From assembly GCA_004022145.1 (NCBI GenBank), contig RCNU01000044.1: a DNA stretch of 20,286 nt; one strand, given 5' to 3'. Made by a program: the position numbers and the translations under genes. Shown here in pieces: positions 1 to 11,760 of the stretch; the first letter of the stretch is position 1, and the number at the start of each line of letters is the position of its first letter. The notes under the pieces are model-generated. The model was given only the letters and a program-made list of their open reading frames with translations, did not search any database and had not been told where the DNA came from. Source of the DNA: Paecilomyces variotii. Taxonomy: Eukaryota.

Positions 1-138
1 TTAGCTAATAGCACTATCTGCCCTTATCTATCTATAAACTAGTGCATATATAGCTTTAGGGCGCCTCTTATAATATAGAGGTATATATTACTATTTACCT
101 TCTAATAAGCTAGTATTTTAAGTCTTAATAGAATAATA
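1..138 (-). repeat. Probable start of the chromovirus 3' LTR (runs off the window)
   Basis: Directly follows the minus-strand purine tract GAGGGGGAT and begins TA(TTATTC), consistent with a RIP-mutated TG. No partner LTR in the window to confirm it. Confidence 0.45.
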
Positions 139-147
139 ATCCCCCTC
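139..147 (-). promoter_or_regulatory. Candidate polypurine tract (PPT) of the chromovirus
   Basis: Plus strand atccccctc = minus GAGGGGGAT, downstream of pol. Confidence 0.5.
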
Positions 148-906
148 TAAATAGCAGTATTCTTTCTTTTCTGCTAATTCTTTAATTTCTCTAGGCTTAC
201 TAGATAGTTCTTAAGAATATAGCTAATATAAATCCTATATTAGGACTCTAGTTTCTTTAAAGGTATTAGTCTAATTAAATATATCTATAGAGTCTACCCG
301 CTATTCTTAATTATATCTATATCTTTTTAAATTATTATATAATTAATCTATTATAGCTCTTATTAGCTATTTATATAGATATAATATATAGTAAGTAAAG
401 TAAATATTCTTAATAGGTTATTAGAAATTGTAGTATTATCTATTTCTCTAATTACTTACTTTACTTCCTTTTTTATTTTATCTAAAAATTTATCTATTAG
501 GTTAAAAAATAGCCTTTTATTAATTAGAGAGTTATTATCTTCTAATTCTTATATGCTTTCTATATCTATATCTATATTATTAGATATTATCTTTAGTAAG
601 GATTTAATTCGGACAAGTCTAGTTAATAAGATATAGATATTTAAAGAGATATCGGCGTTAAAGAGATATAGATATTAAAGATATTTACTTATTTAGTTAA
701 ACCTTATATTTAGTCTCTTAGTAAGGCTTTTATTAATAGGCGTATTAGCTCTAAATAGCTATTTTAAAGCTTAGCTCTTAAATTACTACCTATATCTTAT
801 TTTATTCTTAGGATTTAAACAGCTAATTTAGCTTATTTACTAACTTAAAGAAATAAAATAAAATAGCCTATTTAGCTTATCTATAACTTAATTATATCGC
901 TATATA

Positions 907-965
907 GGCATATACCTCGGCCTAGCCAGGGCCGAGCTCAGCCCACCCTAAGAGCTTAGCCTACC
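907..965 (+). repeat. Left terminal inverted repeat
   Basis: ggcatatacctcggcctagccagggccgagctcagcccacc... versus right-end reverse complement gggatatagctcggcctagctagggctaagcttagcccacc...; contains the hairpin ctcggcc-7nt-ggccgag (916-936) and two GAGCTCAGCCCACC-like motifs. Confidence 0.9.
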
Positions 966-1129
966 CTAGAGCTTATCCTTAGCTAAATTAAGCTTAACCT
1001 ATCTTATATATAGATTAAGTATAAGCTCAGCATAAGCCGATTATATAATTAATATAAGATTAGCCTACCTAAGAATTAATAATAATATTTATATAATAAA
1101 ACTCTTTAAAATTTGCAATATATATATAT

Positions 1130-4100
1130 ATAATAGCTAATATAAAGCTAAATATTATTATTTTTTCCCTAAATACCTAAAAATAGCTAAGAACTAAATA
1201 ATTATAACTAATAGCTAAGTTAATAGTATTCTTAGTTAATAGCTGCATAATATTCTTATCTAAGTATATTAATATAATTCTTATAGAGGCTTAGCAGACG
1301 CTAAATATATACTTAATATTTATTATATTTAAACTAGATACTAACTTACTATAGAGCGAATTTATATAGAACTATAATCTTTATAAAATATACCTAAACT
1401 AGTTTAAGAATATAATAAATAATTAAAATAGTATCTATTTCTATATAGAAAGCAAAAATAAAAAATTTAAAATATATCTTAAATTTCCTCTTTATATAGG
1501 ATTTAATTAAATATATTCTTTTTATATAAGTTCTAATAAGATATATACTAAATATATCCAGAAGGCTATTTTTTTTATAAATATTATTATTAGCCGCAAT
1601 AGTATCTCTGAGATTATAATTAATAATATTTAAGATAAGTTATTTATTCCTAAATATTTAATAATTTATTTTAATAGTATCTTATATTTTATTTACTAAA
1701 AAAATCTTTTACCTTATAACTATTCTAATATAAATATCTATTAAATATTTTAATAACTTTTATTAAAAATATATCTATACCTTATCTTAAGCAGATATTT
1801 AATATATTATAAATATATGCTAAGTATAGCTTAGATCTAGTTTAGGCTCTATACTTAAGGTAATTATAAGACTCTATCTCTCCTACTTCTTTAAAAGGAT
1901 AAAAAGGATAAAATTTAAAGTAAGGTATATTATTAGGCATATAAATGCAGTAATATTAAATATTACAAATATATATTAGAGTATATACTTAGATAACGCT
2001 ATAAATATAGCTATATTAAACTAAATATCTTTAAAATATTTTATAAAGAAGCAGGCTATATATCTAATACTACTTCTACTAGTAAATTTTTTAAAAAAGA
2101 AACTAAAAATTAATATAATAGATTTTTTTATTTTTAGAATTAATAATTAGCAGAGCATTATTTTTATCTAAAAAGTAAAATATAAGTATGCTTAAATTAA
2201 ACTCCGGTAATCTTTAAACAGCATAAAGTAAGTTTAACTCTATATTTAATCTCGGCATATACTAAACATATCCTTAACTACTAATTATCTTTATTAGTTA
2301 CCTATTAGCAAGTAATTTTAAATTATAGTATACTACATAAGCTATCTCTATATATATAGCTTAAATTTATATACTTTATCTATATATCTTAATAGCTTAT
2401 AGGATATATAATACTAATATTTTTATTTAATTTATTTATATCTATATTAACTATACTATTTTAAGGCGCACAACTTATAGTAGGTATTTGCTCTATATAT
2501 ATTAGGCATATATTAACTATAGGTCTAGGATTTAACTATTCTTAAGATATATCTAAAGTCCTATATAAAGAATATAATATTTTAATTAATATTTTTATTC
2601 CTTATAATTAGGATTATTTTCCTTTTATCCTTCTTATTTATTAAGAAAATTATATATATTTTCCTCTATTACTAATTAAGTTAAGTTAAGATTTTATTTA
2701 AGAACTTACAGATCTAATTAATTAAAGAGATATTCTTATTATAACTGCGCATATATTATATATATCTTAAGCCTGTATTCTATATATGCTAACTAGATAC
2801 TTATAGATAAATTCTTAATATCTCTTAAAGTATATATGTTTAAGCAAAAATATTAAAGTTAAGCTCTAAATTTAATTAGAGCTTCTTTAAATATTAAGGA
2901 TAAAATTACTTATTTAATTTAAAAATAAAAACTTTTATAATACTTATTTAGTTTAAATATTACTAGTTAGAATCTATTCTTATTATATATTTTATATATA
3001 CTAATATTATATAGAGGTTATATAAGAGTATAAGTTTAACTAATATAGAAAAAGTAATAAACAATAGATTTATATAGTTAATATTAGTGAAACTAGAGAA
3101 TATATTATTATTTATTATATAAATACTTAAGTAAAAGCATTTATAAAAGCTAAATATCTTAAAATAAATTTAGCTTATAAGATAATACTTAGAAATATAA
3201 ATATCTTTTTAATCTTAAGCTGGAATTCTAAAGCTAGATATATATTTAACTTCTCTTTATTATGCGTTTAGCATATGCTAACTTTATATTAGGGATTAAT
3301 ACTTATTACTATGCTTTTATCTCTCTATAAATTTATTATATATATTTTTAAATATTTAAATTACTATTTTAAATATTATTATAAGCTGTATATTAATATA
3401 TTTAATAGGCATATATTTTAAATAAAGAAGGGATATAGACTATTACTATAGATATATATAAGAAATAAGTATTTAGTTAGTATTATCTTAATAGATACAG
3501 AATATATACTAAATATATTTAGGCTTTAATAACTATTTATATTTTATTTATCCTTTCCTTAACTGGCAAGAATATCTTAAGTATATACTTATTTTTTGCT
3601 AAATATATATTAAACACAATTTCTATAAGAAGTTTAAAAGATCCTATCCTTTTATCTATTAACTAAAATATTTATAAGATCTATATTTTTACCAAGAAAT
3701 TCTTCAAACTATATATTAATAGGGTAAGGAATATCTAGATATTAAAAAATAGCTTTAAAATAAAATAAAACTATAGATTCTTACTATATTATTATAGGAA
3801 ATATTAAAAATCCCTTTTAAATAATAGAGTTATACTTAAAAGTATACTAAATTATCTAAAAGTAGTTACTTCTAAGATAATTATAATATAGGGAGAAACC
3901 TATTTTTACTAGGGGCTATTTAATAGTATATTTATATTTAATATATACTTAGTATCTGTCTAACATAGATTAAATACTAATAAGGCTAATTTATATTTAA
4001 TCTATAATAATATATAAAAGATATTATTAAATAATAAGAGCTTTTTAGCTATAATATTAATAATATATAGTAAAACTATAGTAATATTATATAAATCTCC

Positions 4101-5380
4101 TAATAGATATAGAGAAATAGTAAGATAAAAGTTTAATATGCCTTTAAATATATGCTAAATATATCTTTTAGACTAATAGAATTAAAGAGCTGCTAATTAT
4201 TAAATAAATCAATCTTATTTATTATTTAATCTTAATAATCCCTATAATATATCTTTAAATAATAATAATAATCGATCTTCTGATAAAGATATTAATTTTA
4301 AGGTTATTTTAATATCTTTATCTGAATCTTTTACTGAACATATACTAGCTAGAGATAAAATATCTATAAAGTATATACTAAGCAAAGATTAAGAAAGGAA
4401 TTAACCTAGAGGTTCTAATTATTATTAAAGCTAGGTTTAATTTAAGACTAAATAGACTAAGCTAAGCTTTAAAGAATTAGACTTAGATTATTATTTTTAA
4501 TATAAATTAAATGCAGAGTATATATTAAATAAAGGTTAAGAAAGGGGTTAATCTAAAGGTTCTAATTATTATTAGAGCCAGGTTTAATTTAAAACTAAGT
4601 AGATTAAGCTAAGCTTTAAAAAATTAGACTCAGATTATTATTTTTAACACAGATTAAATACAGAATATATATTAAATAGAGATTAAAAAAGGGGTTAATC
4701 TAAAGATTTTAATTATTATTAGAGCTAGGTTTAATCTAAGACTAAGCGGACTAAGCTAAGCTCTAAAGAATTAAACTTAAATTATTATTTTTAACGCAGA
4801 TTAAATACAAAATATATACTAAATAGAGATTAAGAAAGGAGTTAATCTAAAGGTTCTAGTTATTATTAAAGCTAGATTTAATCTAAGACTAAATAAACTA
4901 AGCTAAGCTCTAAAAAATTAGACTTAGATTATTATTTTTAATATAGATTAAGTATAGAGTATATATTAAATAAAGATTAAAAAAGGGGTTAACTTAAAGG
5001 TTTTAGTTATTATTAGAGCTAGATTTAATCTAGGACTAAATAAATTAAGTTAAGCTCTAAAGAATTAAACTCGGATTATATTTTTTAATACAGATTAAAT
5101 AAAGAGCATATATTAAATAAAGATTAAGAAAAAGATAGACTTAAAGATTCTAATTATATTTAAGGCTAAGTTTAATTTAATACTATCCTAATATCTAGAA
5201 GGGTTTAAATCCCTTTATTAAATTTAAATAGCTCTGCTAATTTTAATCTAGAGTATATACTAATTCTATATTTGGCATATATTATCTAGGAGTTAAGTAT
5301 AGATTCTAGATAAAATAGAGCTTATATATATTATAGCAGAGGACCCTTATTAGAAGAAATAGTAAAGACTAATTTTATTA
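1130..5380 (-). pseudogene. RIP-destroyed long ORF1 of the TIR element; N-terminal part carries 49-aa S/P/Q-rich repeats; product unknown
   Basis: The 147-bp array period is a multiple of 3 and runs in frame into an acidic Ser-rich stretch (de-RIP ...SVEDSDEDIEMTSESVSSSEDR...). Stops are RIP-type. Below ~4000 the frame is ambiguous and both ends are approximate. Confidence 0.45.
4370..5179. repeat. Tandem array, 147-bp unit, ~5.5 copies
   Basis: Anchor g(g/a)tt(c/t)ta(a/g)tt recurs at 4411, 4558, 4705, 4852, 4999 and 5146 (period exactly 147). The full copies differ mostly by transitions. Confidence 0.97.
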
Positions 5381-5591
5381 TTTAATTAAGAGAAATAATA
5401 AAATAAAGGTAATAAGAATTTAAGTAAAAAAGAGAAGGATTATTACAGCAGTTTATATAATAAATATATATATCTATATAGCTATAGTTATATAGTAAAT
5501 ATATATATATATTTCCTTTTCCCCTATAATAAGAATAAATAAAAAAATAAAGAATATTATATTACAATTATTTAAAGATATAAAAAAATAG

Positions 5592-5687
5592 TCTTTAAAT
5601 ATAAAAACTTAGTATTAAATTAAAGTTCAGTATTAATAATCTTTAAGTATAAGAGCTTAATATTAAATTAAAGTTTAGTATTAAATA
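5592..5687. repeat. 48-bp tandem duplication between the two putative ORFs
   Basis: tctttaaatataaaaacttagtattaaattaaagttcagtattaa (5592) versus tctttaagtataagagcttaatattaaattaaagtttagtattaa (5640). Confidence 0.85.
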
Positions 5688-5949
5688 TATACTTAGGGGA
5701 GAGCTGGGCTTAAATATCTATATATTTAAGGCCTCTAAAAACTTATCCTTAGAAGAGAAGATTATAACTTATAAATATAAACTTAATATATACTCTATAT
5801 ATAGAAGGGAAAAACTTATTAATAGACTTAGCACTACAGCTATTAATACTATAAAAATATCTATAACTATAACTATAAGTATAGCTATATTTTAATTTAA
5901 TTAGTATTTTTTTATTAGCAATATATTTACTTATATATTTATTATAAAA

Positions 5950-7520
5950 TATAAACTATCCGCGCTTTAATAAAATTAAGGTAGGACTTATATTATAATT
6001 TAGTTTAATATATATATAAGATAAATTAGAAAGCTATTTATTATTACTTTTATTATTATTATCTTATAATAATAAAATATTTTTAGTCTATATAAGGTTA
6101 GTATATATATAATATAGGCAGAGATATACTTATTACGCGCTTATAAGACAGGGTTAATAAAGATATAGAATGCTAGAATAAAGGCCAAAATTAGTTAAAA
6201 TTAATATTAGGTATATATTAAATATATTCGAAAAGCCTGCTAAAAGTTATAAATTATATATAAATAGTAATATAAATAGCAATATAAATAGCAATATAAA
6301 TAGCAATATAAATAGTAAAGAAGATAGTATATAGATTCTATTTATATATTAGCATATGCTAAACTTATTCTTTAATAAAACTAGCTCTTGTAGCTATTTC
6401 TAAACTTATTATTAATATAAGCTATTTTTTTATAAGATATAATAATATTTTTAATTAGTATACTTCCTATACTAGAAGAAATATTAGCTTAATATAAGCT
6501 TTATATATGCTTAAGACTTACTATAGTTTATAAATAAAATTAGTATCTTATTATTTATTAAATAAAATATATTTAATTAGCGCACTATATATTATTAGCA
6601 TAGCTTTAATATATATAGAATAGATCCTAAATTTATTATAGCTTAATTATCTTCTTATCTATAATTATATTACTAGTCTCTATATTATAGTTTAATACTA
6701 TAGCAGATTAATATATATCTAGTATATACTAAGAATAATAATATACTTGCCCCTAAGTATATAGTCCTTATATAGCATTATAACTTTAACTATTAGCATA
6801 TTATATATATATAGAATTTATATTAAACTTATAATAAGTTATAAATTAATAATCTTACCGCATATAAGTAGGCTATCTATATTTATTTATACTTAGCAAC
6901 TATAAAAGCTTAATATATGCTTAGTTAATTTTAAAAAAAGGACTTATATATTCTTATTTATGCTTAAGATAGAAAACCTAAGAGTTAATATATAAGTATT
7001 TTTTTTAGTAATAATTGCAGGCACTATTTATATTTAGCGCGCTTCTAATATATGCGCAATATCTATTTATTAAATTTCTTATTTTCCTGCTTAGCTATAA
7101 TATATAAGTTTAAAATCTATATTAGATTTAGATTAAAAACTAGGCCTATTTTTATTTAGCATATATTTAATATTAAGCAGAGATATACTTACTATAATAA
7201 TATCTGTAATTTATTAGATTATTTATTAATAAAACTATATTATAAGTAAGAAGTTCTTTTAAATATAATAGCATTTTTATAATTATATAGCAGTAATATA
7301 AGAGGGTAGATTATAATACTATAAAGGCAGGGCGAAGGTATTATTAGGGAGATTAAAGATAATATAAATAATATAAACTTCTATATAATAGGATTTTAAT
7401 ATTACTTTAGTATATGCTTAATAACTGCCTTTATATATACTGCCTTAATAAACTGCGCAGAATAATATCAGTTCTAGCTCCTTATATATATCCTAGTATT
7501 GCTTTAACCTATACTTAATA
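5950..7520 (+). pseudogene. RIP-destroyed putative ORF2 of the TIR element; product unknown
   Basis: The plus frame reads AEIYLLRAYKTGL...NARIKAKIS...YIRKAC, followed by an in-frame 12-bp repeat. Later it reads ...FFSNNCRHYLYLARF...RQGEGIIREIKD. Stops are TAA/TAG. No family recognised; boundaries approximate. Confidence 0.35.
6259..6318 (+). repeat. 12-bp minisatellite x5 (TATAAATAGYAA)
   Basis: Five direct copies; de-RIP could encode (H/R)EQQ repeats in ORF2. Confidence 0.9.
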
Positions 7521-7694
7521 TATATTATAATATAGTATAGAATATATACTATATATAGTTTTTAATAAATATAGTTTACTATAATATAATATAAAAACTT
7601 TATTATAAGTTATATAAGCTATATATATATTAAGCCTACTTAAATATTATACTAAAACTAACTTAATATCTAAGCTAAACCTAGATTTTTCTTA

Positions 7695-7753
7695 GGTAGG
7701 CTAAGCTTTTCAGGTGGGCTAAGCTTAGCCCTAGCTAGGCCGAGCTATATCCC
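7695..7753 (-). repeat. Right terminal inverted repeat
   Basis: Inverted copy of 907-965, followed by g and then the TSD atcgctatata. Confidence 0.9.
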
Positions 7754-8024
7754 GATCGCTATATATATAAAGTCTTAACTTAATAATCTATTGCTCTAAA
7801 TAGCAGATTAACTGCTTAGCTTACTAAGATATAGTCTATATATATAAAAGCTCTAAACAGCAGATTTCTTTACTTAGCTTTAGCCTTAAATAATAAGTTT
7901 TATTACTTAGCTTTCTTTTAATCTTTAAGTATTAGACCTAGTATAAAGGGGTATTTAAAATAAAAATATTATATTGCTTCTAGTATATAGGCTAGCTTTC
8001 CCGCTAATACCTAGTATTATCTTA

Positions 8025-8165
8025 TTACTTTAAGTATATTCTTAATATATTTAGCTAGTTCTTATATGTTTTTATAGTATCTATAACTATACTATTTTAT
8101 AAGATATTTTAATATTCTATCGCGGCCTTTAGCATTAAGTATCTTATTAACTTCTTACTCTTTAT
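8025..8165 (-). pseudogene. Chromodomain at the integrase C-terminus
   Basis: Reads E*EVNKILNAKGRDRILKYLIK*YSYRYYKNI*ELAKYIKN = de-RIP EWEVDKILDAKGRGRTLKYLVKWHGYGHHENTWEPAKHVKN, a classical chromodomain. Confidence 0.9.
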
Positions 8166-11100
8166 ATTATTTTATATTATCTAAGACTTAAACTAGTAGT
8201 TCTAGCTCTAGTTCTATATATAATTTATTCTATTTCTATAGAGATAGTAAGAATATATAGAATATTAAATATATTTAATATAAAAGAGGCAGTTTTAGGC
8301 AATAAGCTTAGGGGCTAATTTTAGCTAAGACTTTAAATAGACCTTAATACTTACTATCTAATTTCTTACTAGGTCTATTTATATATAGGTATTTAGTATT
8401 AAAAAGGACTTTATTACTAATTATAAACTCTATCGGCTTACCTAAAGATTTTTTAAGTATTTAATTCTAAAATAATAAGAGATATTTAACTAGCTCTTTA
8501 TATAGTTTCTAAAGGTCTTATATAAATTATATTATATTAGTATTACTATTAATAAAAACCTTAGTTAAGCTTAATAGTTTTAAGTATTTATTATAATAAA
8601 TAAAGAATAAGGATATTTTTATTACTGCCTAATAAGAGTTATTATAAGTATACTCTATAATTACTAATAGCTAAGCCTAATTATTTTATTACTAATTTAT
8701 AAATATCCTTAAATATTATTTTAATATTTAATTTAACTATTTTATTATACTATTAATTTAAGGGTAAAATATTATTAATAACTAATAGTTTATATTAAGG
8801 GCCTTAGCTAATATTATCTAAAAGCTTAATATAAATAGCGACCCTTTATCTAAGATAATAGATTTCTGTATATTATATAAATAAAATATATTCTTAATAT
8901 AGAGTTAAGTAAAGGTTCTTATATTAGTTTTTATAGAGTATATTATAAAATAGCCTATTCTGCTAAAATAGTTAATAAATACTAAGATTATTAAATAACT
9001 TAACCTTAAACTATTTATACTTTTAAGAAGTCCTAAAATAAAATCTACTGCTATATAATCCTATAGTTTATTAAGTATTAGTAGTGCTATTAAAATACTA
9101 TAATATCTCTGCGCTATTTTTACTCTTTAATATACTAAATAACTCTAGATATAGTCTGCTATTATTAATGCCAGTCTAGGCTAAAATATCTATTTTCTAA
9201 TTCTCTTAATTATAGAGTCCTTACCTTAATAGCTACTCGCTCTTAAGTTATAAAATTTATAAAGAATAATTAGCTATAATTCTTCTATAAAAATATATAT
9301 TTTAATATAGTTATAATAGAAAATATTATTATTTTTATCTTAATAGACTTTTAGCTAGGCTTATATTATTATCTTTATCTCCTTAATATAACTGTGCTTT
9401 ATCCTATCCTATAGAGATATATTCTATCTCTAGTCTTAATCTGAAGATAAGTCTTATAATAGTATCTTAGAGTACTAGTATCTCTCTATATATTATATTA
9501 CGCTAATCTAGAGGAGTTATATTAATATATTCTCTAGTCTCTATTATAATTTATAGTTATTATAATATAATAGGCTATTAGCTAAGTTACGCTTCTTAGG
9601 TCTATATTTAATACAGAAATAAAATTATAAGAGATATTTTATTTATTTAGCTTATTTTTAGAATAAGATCTATATTATTAAGAAATGTTTTAAATTATTA
9701 TAGTCTATAATTACTTTAACTAGTTTAGCTATTTTAATTAAGAAATATTTTTAAACTTTAAAGGTATTAATAATAGTAAATAATTCTTGCTTATATATTA
9801 GCTATTATAACTTTATATCTATAAATTTTGCGCTATAAAATATAATAGAATATTATACTTTATTCTTAAAAAGCTAGCTTAGTATCGCTAATTTAGTAAA
9901 CTTACTTATATTAGTCTCTAATAAATACTATCTATTTAGGTTAAAATACTTTAATAATAGCGCCTCTATAAAGCATTTCTTAAGTATTTAAAAGCTTATC
10001 TAGGCTTCTTCTCTCTATATAAATAATATATTATATTTTATAAGTTAAGTTAATAGAAAAGTAATATAATTATAATATTTAATAAAATAATAATAGAAAT
10101 TACAGAAACTAAAAAATTAAACTAAACTTATTATTAATATTAGCGTAGGCTAAGTAGTAATAGTCTCTATTTACTGTTTATTTATTACTACCCCTTAGAG
10201 TATAATTATAAAACCTAAGAATATAACTCTATTAATAGAGAATAAATATTTTTTTAATTTATAAAACAGGTTATTATCTAATAAGCTCTAAAGAACTACT
10301 CTTATATACTAGGTATAAAGCTTCTTATTACAGCTAAAGATAAATATATTATTTAGATATATTATGCAGTATTTATTAATATACTGTCTAAGTATTAAAT
10401 CTATAAATGCCTAAAATATTGCTGGGGCATTATAAAGACTAAATAGTATTACCCGCTATTTAAATAGTCTATATCTTATACAGAAAGCTATTTTTTACTT
10501 ATATCCCTTTACTATATAGATTAAATAGTACGCTAAGTAGAAGTTTAAATAAATAAAAATAACTGCATTTTATAGCCTTAAGAACAGATTATCTATTATT
10601 AAGACTAGGTATTTATTCTTAAATATCCTCTTATTAATAGCCTTAAAGTCTATATAAAGTTATAAAACTCTAAATGCTTTAGGTATAAATAATAGTAATA
10701 AGGCGCATAGTATATTAGAGGGTTAAATATATTCGCGTTTTAATCCTTTATTAAAAAACTTATTAAGTAATTTTAACTCTTGCTCTAATAAATAATAATA
10801 TAGCTTATATAATAATACCGCCCTTTTAATAAGGTTAATCTTATAGTTAATACTTAGTCTCTATAAGAGTAAGTACTTTACCTTCTTCTTACTAAATATT
10901 TAGGCTAGATTTATATACTACTATAGTATTTTAATAGTAACTAAGTCTTCTTTATCCTTTAAATTTATTATTGCTATTAGTAAGCCTAAATAAGGCATAA
11001 ATATAAACTCTTTTTTAATATTATCTTTTATATTTTCCTTTATTTCTATTATATATTCTATTTTAAGAAGCTTTTATTACTTAGCTAATTACTCTAAGAT

Positions 11101-11265
11101 AGTTTCTCTATTCTAATTAATTAATAGATTCTCTAATATTAACTATAGTAAGCTAAGAATTATATTAAATACTATTAGTAATACTTTAAACGCATAAAGT
11201 TCTATTTCTTTACTTAATATTATATAATATAATTTAAAGTAATACTTTATTAGTTTAGCTAGCTC
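8166..11265 (-). pseudogene. pol: Chromovirus pol relic: protease C-half, reverse transcriptase, RNase H, integrase
   Basis: RT: RVILFSLYNAPAIF*AFID...YCIIYLNNIFIFS (MPFGLCNAPATFQ...YLDD; YLNN at 10348-10359). RNase H: ETNISKF (ETDAS, ~9900-9920). Integrase: L*DYIAVDFILGLL (PW..IAVDFI.GLP, ~9030-9065) and FYP*INS (FHPQTDG, ~8750-8770). PR end: FNIILSLL*L (FDVILGLPWL). Confidence 0.95.
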
Positions 11266-11760
11266 TAGAGTGGTTACAGTAAACCGAAAAAACCGAACCG
11301 AACCGAACCGAACCGCCCATGGTTTAGTTTGGTTCGCTTCCTAGTAAACCGCGGTGCGAGTCTACCAGAACCGAACCAAACCGGTGGTTTTTGGTTTAAA
11401 CCATTTGAACCGTAATTTTAACCTCGTATTTAAATTACACTATGTAATTTATCGATACTTATATCGGAGGTATAAAATTACTATAGTATTTAGTATATAT
11501 AATAAAAATATATTAGAAATCGGTAAATTACAGTATTGTAATTTTCGCTTATTTATCCTAATATAGCTAGAGCATAGTTATATAACCGGATCTAACTTAG
11601 GTTAGTAACTAATTATGCCGATCCGGTTTTTTTAGTTTTAAACCGAACTACTAGTATATAGTTCGGTTTAGGTATGGTTTATCTGCCCCGAACCGAAAAC
11701 CGCTACGGGCGGTTTAACTCCCCCCCTAAACCGAACCGAACCGCCTATATAACTACTCTA
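11266..11760. mobile_element. 495-bp non-autonomous hAT-type element (MITE)
   Basis: 13-bp TIRs tagagtggttaca (11266-11278) / tataactactcta (11748-11760), plausibly from ancestral CAGAGTGGTTACA. Perfect 8-bp TSD GCTAGCTC (11258-11265, 11761-11768). Subterminal AACCG arrays at both ends. An 8-bp TSD, short (C/T)AG TIRs and subterminal repeats are hAT hallmarks. Confidence 0.92.

Larger units (their letters stand above)
907..7753. mobile_element. ~6.85-kb TIR DNA transposon relic, superfamily unassigned (TSD size compatible with MULE or AcademH)
   Basis: 907-965 matches the reverse complement of 7695-7753 at 50/59 nt, and most mismatches are C>T/G>A. The flanking duplication ATCGCTATAT(A) lies at 896-905/906 and 7755-7764/7765. 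Exact ends are uncertain by 1 nt. Confidence 0.9.

Noticed and set aside
626-685. Three ~18-bp degenerate tandem copies (aagagatatcggcgtt-like)
   Set aside because: The repeat is real but short and degenerate. No function can be supported beyond being part of the 3' extra region.
4370-5179. Possible CRISPR array
   Set aside because: Entire 147-bp units repeat with no unique spacers, the context is eukaryotic TE DNA, and no cas genes are present.
5455-5512. TA runs, palindromes and TATA-box-like sites (also ~1118-1132 and elsewhere)
   Set aside because: These are expected products of CpA/TpG to TpA conversion and are uninformative as regulatory sites.
11281-11316. (AACCG)n as a telomere or stand-alone microsatellite
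   Set aside because: It is subterminal to the hAT TIR and recurs near the other end of the MITE.
11354-11566. 70-aa ORF from the supplied track
   Set aside because: It has a GTG start, lies wholly inside a non-autonomous MITE and shows no recognisable domain. It is probably open only because this island has fewer RIP-made stops.
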